Assembly: GCA_964356915.1 (NCBI GenBank)
Contig: CAYHJF010000002.1
Span: 19,982 to 83,981 of the forward strand
Length of the DNA stretch: 64,000 bases
DNA from: an uncultured Candidatus Saccharibacteria bacterium
Lineage (GTDB): Bacteria; Patescibacteriota; Minisyncoccia; Ryanbacterales; GWA2-47-10b
Direction: 5' to 3'
Shown: positions 1 to 9,253 of the stretch, in pieces
Numbering within the stretch: position 1 is the first letter of the stretch
How the letters are laid out: every line of letters begins with the position of its first letter
Program-made: the position numbers and the translations under genes
Notes under the pieces: model-generated
What the model was told of the DNA's origin: nothing
Database searches by the model: none
Seen by the model: only the letters and a program-made list of their open reading frames with translations

Positions 1-649
1 TATTGATCCCGATACTGTTGCTCCCAGCAATCTTTCTCGGCAGACTTTTTTTGTTGAGGAAGATATCGGGGAGGCTAAGGTAAGGACAGTAAGGAAACGC
101 GGCCTTGCCATTAATAGCAGGATTAGTATTAGGCCTGTGCAACGGTTGATTACTTCACCTCGTGATCTGCGACCGTTTGTAAAAAATACAACTCTTGTGA
201 TTAACTGTTCTGATTATCCTGATGTTTCAGTAACTAATGATATTGTTTCTCGAGCTTGCTTCACATACGGTATCCCGCACATTCTTTGCGGAGGATACGA
301 TGGCCACTTGAGCTTTGTTGGGCAGACGGTTATTCCATATCAAAGCTCTTGCTGGAGATGCTATGTTGAGGGAGGGATTTATGAAAAATATTTGAACGGG
401 TTTACCTACATGGCTATTACCAAAAGTTCCGTCGAGGGGGGAACCCTTGCGCCGATTGCTTCAATGACTGCCAACATTCACGCTTTGGAAGCTTTAAAGG
501 TAATTACGGGTTATGCCGAACCAACAATGCTCAACGCCAAAGCTGAATTGGACTTTTCGTCCCTTGCATTGACTAAAACCACTATTCCAAAAAACAAATA
601 TTGTTCTCTTTGCGGAAAGAGCGTAAAAAAAAGGAGGAGAAAGAAATGA
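1..649 (+). CDS. ThiF/MoeB-family E1-like adenylyltransferase, 5' end outside window
   Basis: In-frame translation from the window edge gives NLSRQTFFVEEDIGEAKV (ThiF motif SNLNRQ...G..K). C-terminal zinc-type cysteine pairs CWRC and CSLCGK are present. The frame is open to position 2, so the first ATG at 137 is not the true start. Confidence 0.7.
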   Translation, partial: IDPDTVAPSNLSRQTFFVEEDIGEAKVRTVRKRGLAINSRISIRPVQRLITSPRDLRPFVKNTTLVINCSDYPDVSVTNDIVSRACFTYGIPHILCGGYDGHLSFVGQTVIPYQSSCWRCYVEGGIYEKYLNGFTYMAITKSSVEGGTLAPIASMTANIHALEALKVITGYAEPTMLNAKAELDFSSLALTKTTIPKNKYCSLCGKSVKKRRRKK

Positions 650-1851
650 GATATCAGGTTTCTCGGTTTGTAGTGGCAACTGATCCCCAGAGTGGAATTA
701 TTCAGCACACGAAGACAGGAAATCGACTATTGGTATCTGAAGAAACATTAAAACTTCTTAGTTTGTTTTCGAAGCCGAAAACTTTTGAAGAAGTTTTATC
801 TCGCACTTCTTCTGATGAGAACGGGAGATTGGAGATAGCTGGGTTTCTAGAGCAGTTGGCTAAGGAAAAAATTCTTGTTCCCGAAGAAGAAACCGAAGAA
901 CGAATAAATTGGGGAGTGCTTACTGACAAAGTTCTTGTCGAGAGCCCTTTGAGAACATTCTTTAGTTGTCCCCGGAGAAGTCTCGCGGCGCTCGAAGATG
1001 AAGATATTGTTTTTCTCGGAGTGCCATTCGACTTGGGTACGACGGGATACCCAGGTGCACGTTTCGGACCTGATAAGATGAGGGAGCTTTCCTCAGATGC
1101 ATTTGAATACCATACGGATATCTTTACAGGGAAATGCAAAGGATGGTTCAGCTCGGGGCGAAACAAGACGATACTTGAAGGCGTGAAAATGGTAGATGTC
1201 GGGAACGTACTTCTTCAAGTAGGGGAGAGCTTTGAAAGGTTCTACAATCGGGTTGATCAAGTGATTCGTCAGATCATTGTTCACGGTTGCTTTCCCGTCA
1301 TTGTCGGTGGTGATCATTCGTGTAGTTACCCAATTCTCCGCGCGATGAAAGAGCAATACGGGAGTGTATCAGTTATTCACATTGATGCACATACAGATCT
1401 CGGAGAAACCATTCCTAATGTTTCAAATAACCATGGGAATGTCTTCACGAGAGTAAGAGAAGAAAACTTAGTACGTCATCTGCATCAGTTTGGAATACGA
1501 GGATGCATCGGCAAGAAACTGATTGCTGCCGATTACTCGCTACACACACTTGAAGATTTAAAACGGGATGGCGTTGAGAAGGTGGTCGCCTCTCTTAATC
1601 AGAGTCAGCCATATTATCTCAGTCTTGATATTGACGTGCTCGATCCCGCGTTTGCTCCAGGAACTGGGACTCCCATAACAAACGGGATGACCCCTGAAAT
1701 GCTTTTCGCTCTTCTATCATCAGTCGCTGGGAGAGTCAAACTAATTGGATGTGATGTTGTAGAGGTAAACCCAATGCTAGACAGAAATAACCAAACAAGC
1801 GAGCTTGCGCTTAGCACCATATTCCATATTTTGAGTGAGGTCTTTAGATGA
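646..1851 (+). CDS. PqqD-like RRE domain fused to arginase/agmatinase-family ureohydrolase
   Basis: Strong SD (aaggagg) sits upstream of the ATG at 646. The N-terminal ~100 aa has a PqqD/RRE-like winged-helix pattern (VVATDPQSGIIQHTKTGNRLLVSEETLKLL...FEEVL). The C-terminus carries arginase-fold Mn motifs: GGDHS, DAHTDL and SLDIDVLDP. Confidence 0.7.
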   Translation: MRYQVSRFVVATDPQSGIIQHTKTGNRLLVSEETLKLLSLFSKPKTFEEVLSRTSSDENGRLEIAGFLEQLAKEKILVPEEETEERINWGVLTDKVLVESPLRTFFSCPRRSLAALEDEDIVFLGVPFDLGTTGYPGARFGPDKMRELSSDAFEYHTDIFTGKCKGWFSSGRNKTILEGVKMVDVGNVLLQVGESFERFYNRVDQVIRQIIVHGCFPVIVGGDHSCSYPILRAMKEQYGSVSVIHIDAHTDLGETIPNVSNNHGNVFTRVREENLVRHLHQFGIRGCIGKKLIAADYSLHTLEDLKRDGVEKVVASLNQSQPYYLSLDIDVLDPAFAPGTGTPITNGMTPEMLFALLSSVAGRVKLIGCDVVEVNPMLDRNNQTSELALSTIFHILSEVFR

Positions 1852-1962
1852 TCTTTATCCGAGGGGCATATACAAATGTATATGCTTTTTTAATATAACG
1901 CATCTTATTTTTTTGAATATCATCCTTCCCAGAGGGGATATATTTTAAACCATGTTATCGGT

Positions 1963-2211
1963 ATGACTCCGGAAGAATGCACGAATCTTTTTCAAAAATT
2001 TGTACGCGGACAAGAACAAAAGAAATCTCATACTGAAGGACTCGGTCTTGGTCTCTATGTTGCAAAGCTTATCGCGCAAGCGCATGGTGGCGATCTTTTT
2101 GCCACCTCGGTGGGTAAAGGAAAGGGGAGTACATTTCATCTCGTACTACCGATCATCCAACCGACCTCTCCTGCAACAACAAAATCCACAGAACCCTTGA
2201 AAAATATATAA
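1963..2211 (+). pseudogene. C-terminal remnant of a sensor histidine kinase (HATPase_c G2 box only)
   Basis: The 82-aa ORF carries GLGLGLYVAKLIAQAHGG and GKGSTF (HK ATP-lid motifs). An in-frame stop at 1891 leaves no HisKA domain upstream. Confidence 0.5.
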
Positions 2212-2259
2212 TTTTGTGTTATCGTAAGTTCTCAAGTTTGTGAGTTTTTTTGACGTTCT

Positions 2260-4041
2260 ATGCAAATACCTAAATTTAATACAACCCGTCTTCACCTTAT
2301 AACAAAATATCTTGCACTTTATAAGCGAGAGGTATCTTTGTTAATCGCACTTTCTTTATTGGCAGCGTTTTTTGGCGCGCTTACTCCATACATTGGCGGC
2401 AAAATTATCGATAGCCTTATCAAGCCAATTAGCACTGTCCGAGGCTATATATTACCCGTAGCTCCTGTATTTTTCTTTTTTGGTCTGTGGCTCACGATGC
2501 AGATTTTAATTAATATCGTGGAGTCAATGCTTGGGTATCGTAATCGAATGCTCGATGAAAAAATCTTTGCTGACTATATCGTTATGGGTACGTCGCACGT
2601 GATCAATTTACCGATGTCATTTCATAAGGCAAAGAAAGTGGGTGAAATCCAAAATCGCCTTCAAACTGCCGCACAGAATCTTTCGACTATCGTGACCAAT
2701 GTCATGGTAACTTTGCTGCCTCAATTTTTGAGTATCGCGATCGCACTCGTAGTCACATTACTTGTGAAGCCTATTTTAACTCTTTTCTTACTTATTTCAG
2801 TTTCGATCTACGTTGTAATTATTTTTAAGTCAGGACCTCACTACAGTAAACTGTTGCGTAAAATGTGGAAAGCCTATAATCAAGCGTTCGGTGATGCTTA
2901 TGACGCCGCGATGAACGCGCATTCAGTCAAACAGGCGGGAGCAGAGCAATACGAGCGTAGACGACTCTACAAGAGCTTTCATCTAAAAGCTCTTCGCTAT
3001 ATGAAAGAAATGACGTTTGTCTGGCAAATCATGAATTCAGCTCAACGAGTTCTTGCGACCCTTACACAGGGAACGATTTATTTAGTTTCAATTTATTTTA
3101 TCAATCAAGGATCTATGACGGTCGGTGAACTCGTCATGTTTAATGGATATGTTGCATTGTTTCTTGGACCCTTTGTCATACTCATGAATAATTGGCATGT
3201 AGTACAAAATGGCCTTGTAACACTTGAGCGCGCCGAAAAGATTTTACGTGAAATACCCGAAGAGTATGATAATGAGAATTCAACTCTTCTACCAGATATT
3301 ACGGGGGCAGTAGAATTCCGTGATGTGAATTTTACCTATGGCCGTAAGCAAAAGGTTGTGTTACAAAACATCTCATTTCAAACTCGTCCAGGAGATGTCA
3401 TAGCACTTGTAGGTGAGTCTGGTGTAGGTAAATCAACGATGATGGATTTGGTATCACGGTATTTCATTGCGAGTAAAGGGAAGGTTTTGGTTGATAACCA
3501 TGATGTTAAAAATCTAAACTTACGCTTCTTACGAAGTAAGATCGCAGTTGTGCCTCAAGAAATCTTACTATTCAACGACACAATCAAGAACAACATTAAA
3601 TATGGCAGTTTTAATGCAAGTGATGAGCAGATAGAAGAAGCGGCACGGCTCGCTTATGCAGATCAGTTTATCACCGAATTTCCCAAGGGATACAAACAAA
3701 TCGTAGGTGAACGTGGAGTAAAACTTTCTGTTGGGCAAAAACAGCGTATCGCGATTGCACGAGCTATTTTACGTAACCCACGAATCCTTATTTTAGATGA
3801 GCCCACCTCAGCACTCGACGCGAAATCAGAAAAACTTGTTGAGGATGCTTTGCGTACACTCATGAAAGGACGTACGACATTTATCATTGCTCATCGTCTC
3901 TCGACTGTACGTCATGCTAATAAAATCCTTGCTCTTGAGAAGGGAAAGATTGTTGAACAGGGGACGCATGACGAACTTATGAAAATTCAAGACGGTGCAT
4001 ACCGTAAACTTTACGAGCTGCAAATCGGACTCACAGGATAG
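2260..4041 (+). CDS. ABC exporter, fused permease and ATPase (MsbA-like)
   Basis: Six-TM N-terminal half. Walker A GESGVGKST, signature LSVGQKQR, Walker B ILILDEPTSALD, H-loop IAHRLS. Confidence 0.9.
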   Translation: MQIPKFNTTRLHLITKYLALYKREVSLLIALSLLAAFFGALTPYIGGKIIDSLIKPISTVRGYILPVAPVFFFFGLWLTMQILINIVESMLGYRNRMLDEKIFADYIVMGTSHVINLPMSFHKAKKVGEIQNRLQTAAQNLSTIVTNVMVTLLPQFLSIAIALVVTLLVKPILTLFLLISVSIYVVIIFKSGPHYSKLLRKMWKAYNQAFGDAYDAAMNAHSVKQAGAEQYERRRLYKSFHLKALRYMKEMTFVWQIMNSAQRVLATLTQGTIYLVSIYFINQGSMTVGELVMFNGYVALFLGPFVILMNNWHVVQNGLVTLERAEKILREIPEEYDNENSTLLPDITGAVEFRDVNFTYGRKQKVVLQNISFQTRPGDVIALVGESGVGKSTMMDLVSRYFIASKGKVLVDNHDVKNLNLRFLRSKIAVVPQEILLFNDTIKNNIKYGSFNASDEQIEEAARLAYADQFITEFPKGYKQIVGERGVKLSVGQKQRIAIARAILRNPRILILDEPTSALDAKSEKLVEDALRTLMKGRTTFIIAHRLSTVRHANKILALEKGKIVEQGTHDELMKIQDGAYRKLYELQIGLTG

Positions 4042-4080
4042 TTTCCAATAAAGCCTTATTTTGCTACCATATAGAGCAAT

Positions 4081-5472
4081 ATGGCTCGTATTCATATCTC
4101 GGAAACTCCAACTCAGATAGGTAAAAGTGTTGAATTAGCAGGGTGGGTAGACAATCGTCGCGATCATGGAAAATTGATCTTTTTAGATTTGCGCGATGAG
4201 TCGGGCATGGTTCAAATGGTTGTCCCCGGACAAAACACCGAGCTTTTTGCCGTGGCAGATAAACTTCGCTCCGAATGGGTCATTCTCATTGAGGGCTTAG
4301 TAAAGGAACGGCCAAAGGGAATGCAAAATGCCAATATTCCAACGGGTACAGTGGAGATTGAAGTTACAAAAGTTGAGATTTTGAGCTCTGCAGAAACCCC
4401 ACCGATAGATATCGCAGGAGATGGATATGAGATAGGGGAAGAGGTACGACTTGAGTATCGCTATTTAGATTTGCGCAGAGCTCGGCTTCAAAAAAATCTT
4501 CGCCTGCGCTCAAAGCTTACCCACGCACTTCGTGAGTACTTAACAGTAAAAGATTTTGTTGAAATCGAAACGCCCTATCTAACAAAATCGACTCCGGAAG
4601 GATCTCGTGACTTTCTAGTGCCTTCCCGCATGCAGCCCGGAAAATTTTATGCGCTTCCACAAAGTCCTCAACAGTACAAACAACTCCTCATGGCGAGTGG
4701 ATTTGAAAAGTATTTTCAATTTGCGCGTGCAATGCGAGACGAAGACTTACGCGCAGATCGTGCCTTTGAGCACACACAGCTCGATATGGAGATGGCATTT
4801 GTTGGGCGTGAAGATGTATTGAAGCTTATCGAGGAGATGATGATTGCAGTTGTAGAAAAACTTGGTTTTACTATTAAAGAAAAACCGTTCCCACGCTTTA
4901 GTTATAAAGAAGCGCTGGAAAAATTTGGTGCAGACAAATTTGATCTCCGTACGCCAGAAGAAAAAGCAGCAAACGTACAAGCATTTGCATGGGTTTTAGA
5001 TTTTCCATTTTTTGAGGCAACTGAGGGAGGATGGACGTTTAGTCACAATCCATTTTCAGCAGCAATGCCAGAGTCACACAAAGACTTGATGGCAAAAACC
5101 AATATTGAAAATATTGTTGCCGCTCAATATGACCTCGTGCTCAATGGATTTGAAGCGGGGGGAGGGAGTGTTCGAGAACATCGTCCGGAGGTGCTCAAAG
5201 CGGCACTTGAAATCATGGGTTTTGCTCCTGAAAAAATTGAATCAGAATACGGTCATATGATGAAAGCATTTTCTCATGGAGTTCCACCGCACGGAGGACT
5301 CGCGGTCGGCCTCGACCGTCTTGTGATGTGCCTTTTGGGTGAGACGGCCATTCGAGAGATCCAAGCATTTCCCATGACAGCGGGCGGCAAGACTGCCGTG
5401 ATGGATGCGCCGTCTGAAGTAACGGACGCGCAGCTTAAAGAAGTCGGTTTAGAATTACGAAAGAAAAAATAA
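4081..5472 (+). CDS. aspS: Aspartyl-tRNA synthetase, short archaeal-type without GAD insertion
   Basis: Class IIb motifs QSPQQYKQLLM, FARAMRDEDLRADRAFEHTQLDMEMAF and GGGSVREH. The 463-aa length fits the non-discriminating type. Confidence 0.8.
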   Translation: MARIHISETPTQIGKSVELAGWVDNRRDHGKLIFLDLRDESGMVQMVVPGQNTELFAVADKLRSEWVILIEGLVKERPKGMQNANIPTGTVEIEVTKVEILSSAETPPIDIAGDGYEIGEEVRLEYRYLDLRRARLQKNLRLRSKLTHALREYLTVKDFVEIETPYLTKSTPEGSRDFLVPSRMQPGKFYALPQSPQQYKQLLMASGFEKYFQFARAMRDEDLRADRAFEHTQLDMEMAFVGREDVLKLIEEMMIAVVEKLGFTIKEKPFPRFSYKEALEKFGADKFDLRTPEEKAANVQAFAWVLDFPFFEATEGGWTFSHNPFSAAMPESHKDLMAKTNIENIVAAQYDLVLNGFEAGGGSVREHRPEVLKAALEIMGFAPEKIESEYGHMMKAFSHGVPPHGGLAVGLDRLVMCLLGETAIREIQAFPMTAGGKTAVMDAPSEVTDAQLKEVGLELRKKK

Positions 5473-5477
5473 TCGCC

Positions 5478-6005
5478 ATGGAAGAGAAATATTTTTCTGC
5501 GAGCATGACAAGCGGGATTAAAATCGGCACATACATCGTATGGGCTTTGGCGCTCGCTGTGCTTGTAGGAAGCATCGTAGCTATTTATTTTATTAATCTT
5601 CAATCTTTCTATCTGGCACCGGCGTTATTATATATTATTTTATTTATTACATACCGATACCGACCTCTCGGTTACGTCGTGACATCAAAGGAAATTCATA
5701 TTAAACGACCAATCGGAGACTATATTCTTTTGCGAGAACAGGTGGCATCTATTGAAAGATATAAAAGCCCGGGCATGTCATTTAGTACAAATAACATGCG
5801 ATTTGCATCGATTCGTCTTTTTGGCTCGGGGGGATTTTATGGCGGATACGGACTTTTTTGGAACAAAGCATGGGGAAAATTTTATGCATATGTAACACGT
5901 ACTGATACGCTTGTACTCATAACACCAAAAGAGGGGAGTGGACAACGAGTTTTAATTTCTCCTGATGATCCTGATGGATTTATTGCTGCCACGCAACAGG
6001 CATAA
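5478..6005 (+). CDS. Membrane protein with possible bacterial PH-like domain
   Basis: Two N-terminal hydrophobic helices. Codon-consistent 175-aa ORF packed tightly between aspS and scpA. Confidence 0.45.
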   Translation: MEEKYFSASMTSGIKIGTYIVWALALAVLVGSIVAIYFINLQSFYLAPALLYIILFITYRYRPLGYVVTSKEIHIKRPIGDYILLREQVASIERYKSPGMSFSTNNMRFASIRLFGSGGFYGGYGLFWNKAWGKFYAYVTRTDTLVLITPKEGSGQRVLISPDDPDGFIAATQQA

Positions 6006-6008
6006 GCT

Positions 6009-6749
6009 ATGTCAAAGGCAAAATATCACGTCAAAGTAAAAGAATTCGAAGGACCACTCGAACTACTTCTTGATTTAATTGAAACTCGCAAACTTTCTAT
6101 CAATGAAGTAGCACTTGGTGTTGTAACAGAAGAATATTTTAAACATCTCAACGTAATCAAGGAAGATCCTGAGAATCCTTATCACGAAGAGATCGCTATA
6201 TTTTTAGTTGTTGCGGCAACGCTCATGCTTATTAAATCTCGCTCTCTTTTGCCTGGCTTTATGGTTACAGATGAGGAAAAGCAAGATATCAGAGAGCTCG
6301 AAGATCGTCTCAAGGCATACAAAATTATTAAAGAGATGTCTCGCCAACTCGGCGAGATTACTGAAAGTCGTAGACCTCTTTTTTCTCGAGCGCCATATGT
6401 CATGATCGCTCCATCATTTTTACCACCATCAAAACCGCTTGATATACAAAAACTCTTTGCTCTTTTACAGAATATCATTGAGACAATTCCAAAAAAGCAT
6501 GAGCTTCCTGAAAAAACCGTAACCCAAGTCATATCTATCGAGGAGAAGATGCAAGAGCTAGAAAAACGTGTACAAGAAGGTCTCGCGCGTACATTCTCAG
6601 AGCTGATCCAAAACAAAGCCGATCGATTTGAGATAGTAGTTAGCTTTCTTGCCATGCTAGAGCTTATCAAAATTGGTAGTGTTGCGGTACAGCAGGGAGG
6701 ATTATTTGGTACAATTCATATCAATCATGGAACTTCCAAAGAAAATTGA
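6009..6749 (+). CDS. scpA: Segregation and condensation protein A
   Basis: N-terminus FEGPLELLLDLIETRKLSINEVALGVVTEEY is the typical ScpA kleisin start. Confidence 0.8.
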   Translation: MSKAKYHVKVKEFEGPLELLLDLIETRKLSINEVALGVVTEEYFKHLNVIKEDPENPYHEEIAIFLVVAATLMLIKSRSLLPGFMVTDEEKQDIRELEDRLKAYKIIKEMSRQLGEITESRRPLFSRAPYVMIAPSFLPPSKPLDIQKLFALLQNIIETIPKKHELPEKTVTQVISIEEKMQELEKRVQEGLARTFSELIQNKADRFEIVVSFLAMLELIKIGSVAVQQGGLFGTIHINHGTSKEN

Positions 6750-7245
6750 AGCACTACTATTTATCTCGGGTGAACCGATTTCAACAAAAGAGATCGCGCG
6801 TCTTGTTGATACCAATAAAGAAACTATCGAGGTTGCACTTGAAGATCTAACAAGCTCACTTAAAGAACGTGGGATACGACTGTTACGCCACAATGATGAG
6901 ATACAACTTGTGACTGCGCCTGAAGCCTCTGACCTTGCGACGAAACTCGCAAAAGAACGCCTTGAGGGGGAGTTATCTCGCGCCACGCTCGAAACACTCG
7001 CGGTTATCTTGTGGAAAGGAAAGGTATCACGATCAAGTATTGACTATATACGAGGAGTGAATTCATCATTCGCACTTCGTACGCTATTGATACGTGGTCT
7101 CGTTGAACGTGAACATGATCCAAATGACTCTCGCGCGTTTCTTTATAGTCCGACGATGGACCTCTTGAAGCACATCGGGATTTCTTCGGTACAAGATTTA
7201 CCTCAATATTCAGTAATACAGGAAGCCCTGAAGGAACATGATTAA
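6727..7245 (+). CDS. scpB: Segregation and condensation protein B
   Basis: MELPKKIEALLFISGEPISTKEIARL is the typical ScpB N-terminus. Start moved to the internal Met of the track ORF. Confidence 0.8.
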   Translation: MELPKKIEALLFISGEPISTKEIARLVDTNKETIEVALEDLTSSLKERGIRLLRHNDEIQLVTAPEASDLATKLAKERLEGELSRATLETLAVILWKGKVSRSSIDYIRGVNSSFALRTLLIRGLVEREHDPNDSRAFLYSPTMDLLKHIGISSVQDLPQYSVIQEALKEHD

Positions 7246-8152
7246 GGGAGCTCTCGCATTACTCATCGCTTTAGCGGGCGCTCTTGATGCGCGCCTCCCT
7301 TCGTTATCACGCGCGACTCTTGCATCCGCAAGCCCGATACTGATGTCCGTTCATACAGAAGTACGTATCCCTAATTCTGTAACGGCAAAAAGTATTTTAA
7401 TAACAGATATCGATACCGATAACGCTGTTGTTGAACGACGTGAACGTGAACGACTCCCTATCGCGAGTCTCACAAAAATCATGCTCGCGCACGTCGCCTT
7501 GAAAAACCTCGATCCCGAACAAGAAATTACCATCAGCAAAACCGCGATCAATACTATCGGAGATGAGATCGGACTTCGAGAGGGGGAGGTCATCACTCTT
7601 CAAGATCTCTTGCGCGCCATGATGATTTCTTCATCAAATGATGCAGCTGTAGCAGTCGCTGAGAGTATCGGAGAGCACTTTGGTGCATCAGATCATGGCA
7701 CTCAAATTAAGCGCACCCTCGAAGAGATGAATGGTGTCGCGCGAGCGTTAAATATGAATCAAACAAGTTATCGAGACGTTGTCGGTCTCGATATTGATTT
7801 TGTTCGTGGAATACCAAGTAATTTTTCAAGTGCTGAAGATTTACTTCGATTAGTCCGCGCAACACTTTCTCAAACACCACTCGTCTGGGATGTATCACGT
7901 GACTCGGAGGCAACTATATATTCTTTAGGTGGCCGAGCGCATCACTTAGTGCATACCAACTCGCTGGCATCACAAATTCCTCATCTTATTGGCACAAAAA
8001 CTGGATCAACACGAAGTTCCGGAGAATCACTTGTTATTTTATATCATCATCCATCGGGTCATCGAGAAGCACTAATTTTACTCGATGCTGAAGAAGGAAA
8101 GCGCATTGAGGAAGCACAATCCCTCCTCGAACAGTTCCTAGATCTGCTATAA
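7238..8152 (+). CDS. D-alanyl-D-alanine carboxypeptidase (S11, PBP5-like)
   Basis: SxxK ASLTK, SxN SSSND, KTG(T/S) KTGST. N-terminal signal peptide. Confidence 0.75.
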   Translation: MIKGALALLIALAGALDARLPSLSRATLASASPILMSVHTEVRIPNSVTAKSILITDIDTDNAVVERRERERLPIASLTKIMLAHVALKNLDPEQEITISKTAINTIGDEIGLREGEVITLQDLLRAMMISSSNDAAVAVAESIGEHFGASDHGTQIKRTLEEMNGVARALNMNQTSYRDVVGLDIDFVRGIPSNFSSAEDLLRLVRATLSQTPLVWDVSRDSEATIYSLGGRAHHLVHTNSLASQIPHLIGTKTGSTRSSGESLVILYHHPSGHREALILLDAEEGKRIEEAQSLLEQFLDLL

Positions 8153-8159
8153 TAAACAT

Positions 8160-9248
8160 ATGGCAGAAAGTCAGGTTTTTCTCGATGTACTTAAAGTTTT
8201 CGGCCTCGTAAGTTTTTCATTTTTTACAGCTTTTTTCTTGACGCCAATTTTAACGCATTACCTCTATAAATATGAACTCTGGCCAAAGAAAACTGATCGC
8301 AATGCGCTTTCTGGTGAACACGCTTCTGTTATTTCAAAACTAGTAAAAGAACGGTCAAAACCTGAGACGCCGCGCATGGGAGGGATCTTGATTTGGGGAA
8401 CAACGATTTTAGTAACACTTTTCTTTTGGCTTCTCGCGGGACTATCTGACCGATCTATTTTCATAAAATTAAACTATCTCTCACGATCTCAAACGTGGCT
8501 TCCATTTGCAGGCCTCATTGCTTCGGCACTCGTCGGACTTGCTGATGATTGGTTTCAGATCAAAGGCAAGGGACGATATGTAGGCGGCGGCATTGAACTA
8601 AGTTTTCGAATCGGACTTGTCTGCATTATCGGAGCAGTCGGTGCATGGTGGTTTTATGGTCCACTTGGCATGCGTGAAATTATGATTCCATTTTATGGAC
8701 CACTCTATCTCGGCATACTCTTCATACCGTTTTTTATGCTTACGATGCTTGCCGTATTTAGTTCAGGTGTCATCGATGGGCTTGATGGTCTTGCAGGGGG
8801 AGTCTTAAGCTCGATTATCGCGGCATATGGTGCCATCGCTTTTTTTCAACAACAGCTCGATCTTGCCGCGTTCCTCGGTGTGATTGGTGGAGCGCTACTA
8901 GCATTTCTCTGGTACAACATTCCTCCCGCACGATTTTACATGGGTGAGTCTGGCATGCTCGGGTTAACAACAGTTTTAACAATCGTTGCTTTTTTAACAC
9001 AAGCGGTTGTCGTACTGCCAATCATCGCATTTCCACTCGTCGTGGAAGCAGGATCTGATATTATACAAGTAGCCTCGAAAAGATGGCGTGGAAAGAAAGT
9101 ATTTCTCGCCGCTCCAATTCACCATCATTTTGAGGCAAAAGGATGGCCACACTATAAGGTAACGATGCGATTTTGGATTGTCAGTACGGTCACAGCAATT
9201 GTTGGTATGGTCGTGCATCTCATTGGTAGCGTAGTTCGTTTTTTCTAA
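8160..9248 (+). CDS. mraY: Phospho-N-acetylmuramoyl-pentapeptide transferase
   Basis: Polytopic membrane protein. DD motif LADDWF. Conserved APIHHHFEAKGW segment. Confidence 0.85.
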   Translation: MAESQVFLDVLKVFGLVSFSFFTAFFLTPILTHYLYKYELWPKKTDRNALSGEHASVISKLVKERSKPETPRMGGILIWGTTILVTLFFWLLAGLSDRSIFIKLNYLSRSQTWLPFAGLIASALVGLADDWFQIKGKGRYVGGGIELSFRIGLVCIIGAVGAWWFYGPLGMREIMIPFYGPLYLGILFIPFFMLTMLAVFSSGVIDGLDGLAGGVLSSIIAAYGAIAFFQQQLDLAAFLGVIGGALLAFLWYNIPPARFYMGESGMLGLTTVLTIVAFLTQAVVVLPIIAFPLVVEAGSDIIQVASKRWRGKKVFLAAPIHHHFEAKGWPHYKVTMRFWIVSTVTAIVGMVVHLIGSVVRFF

Positions 9249-9253
9249 CTTTT

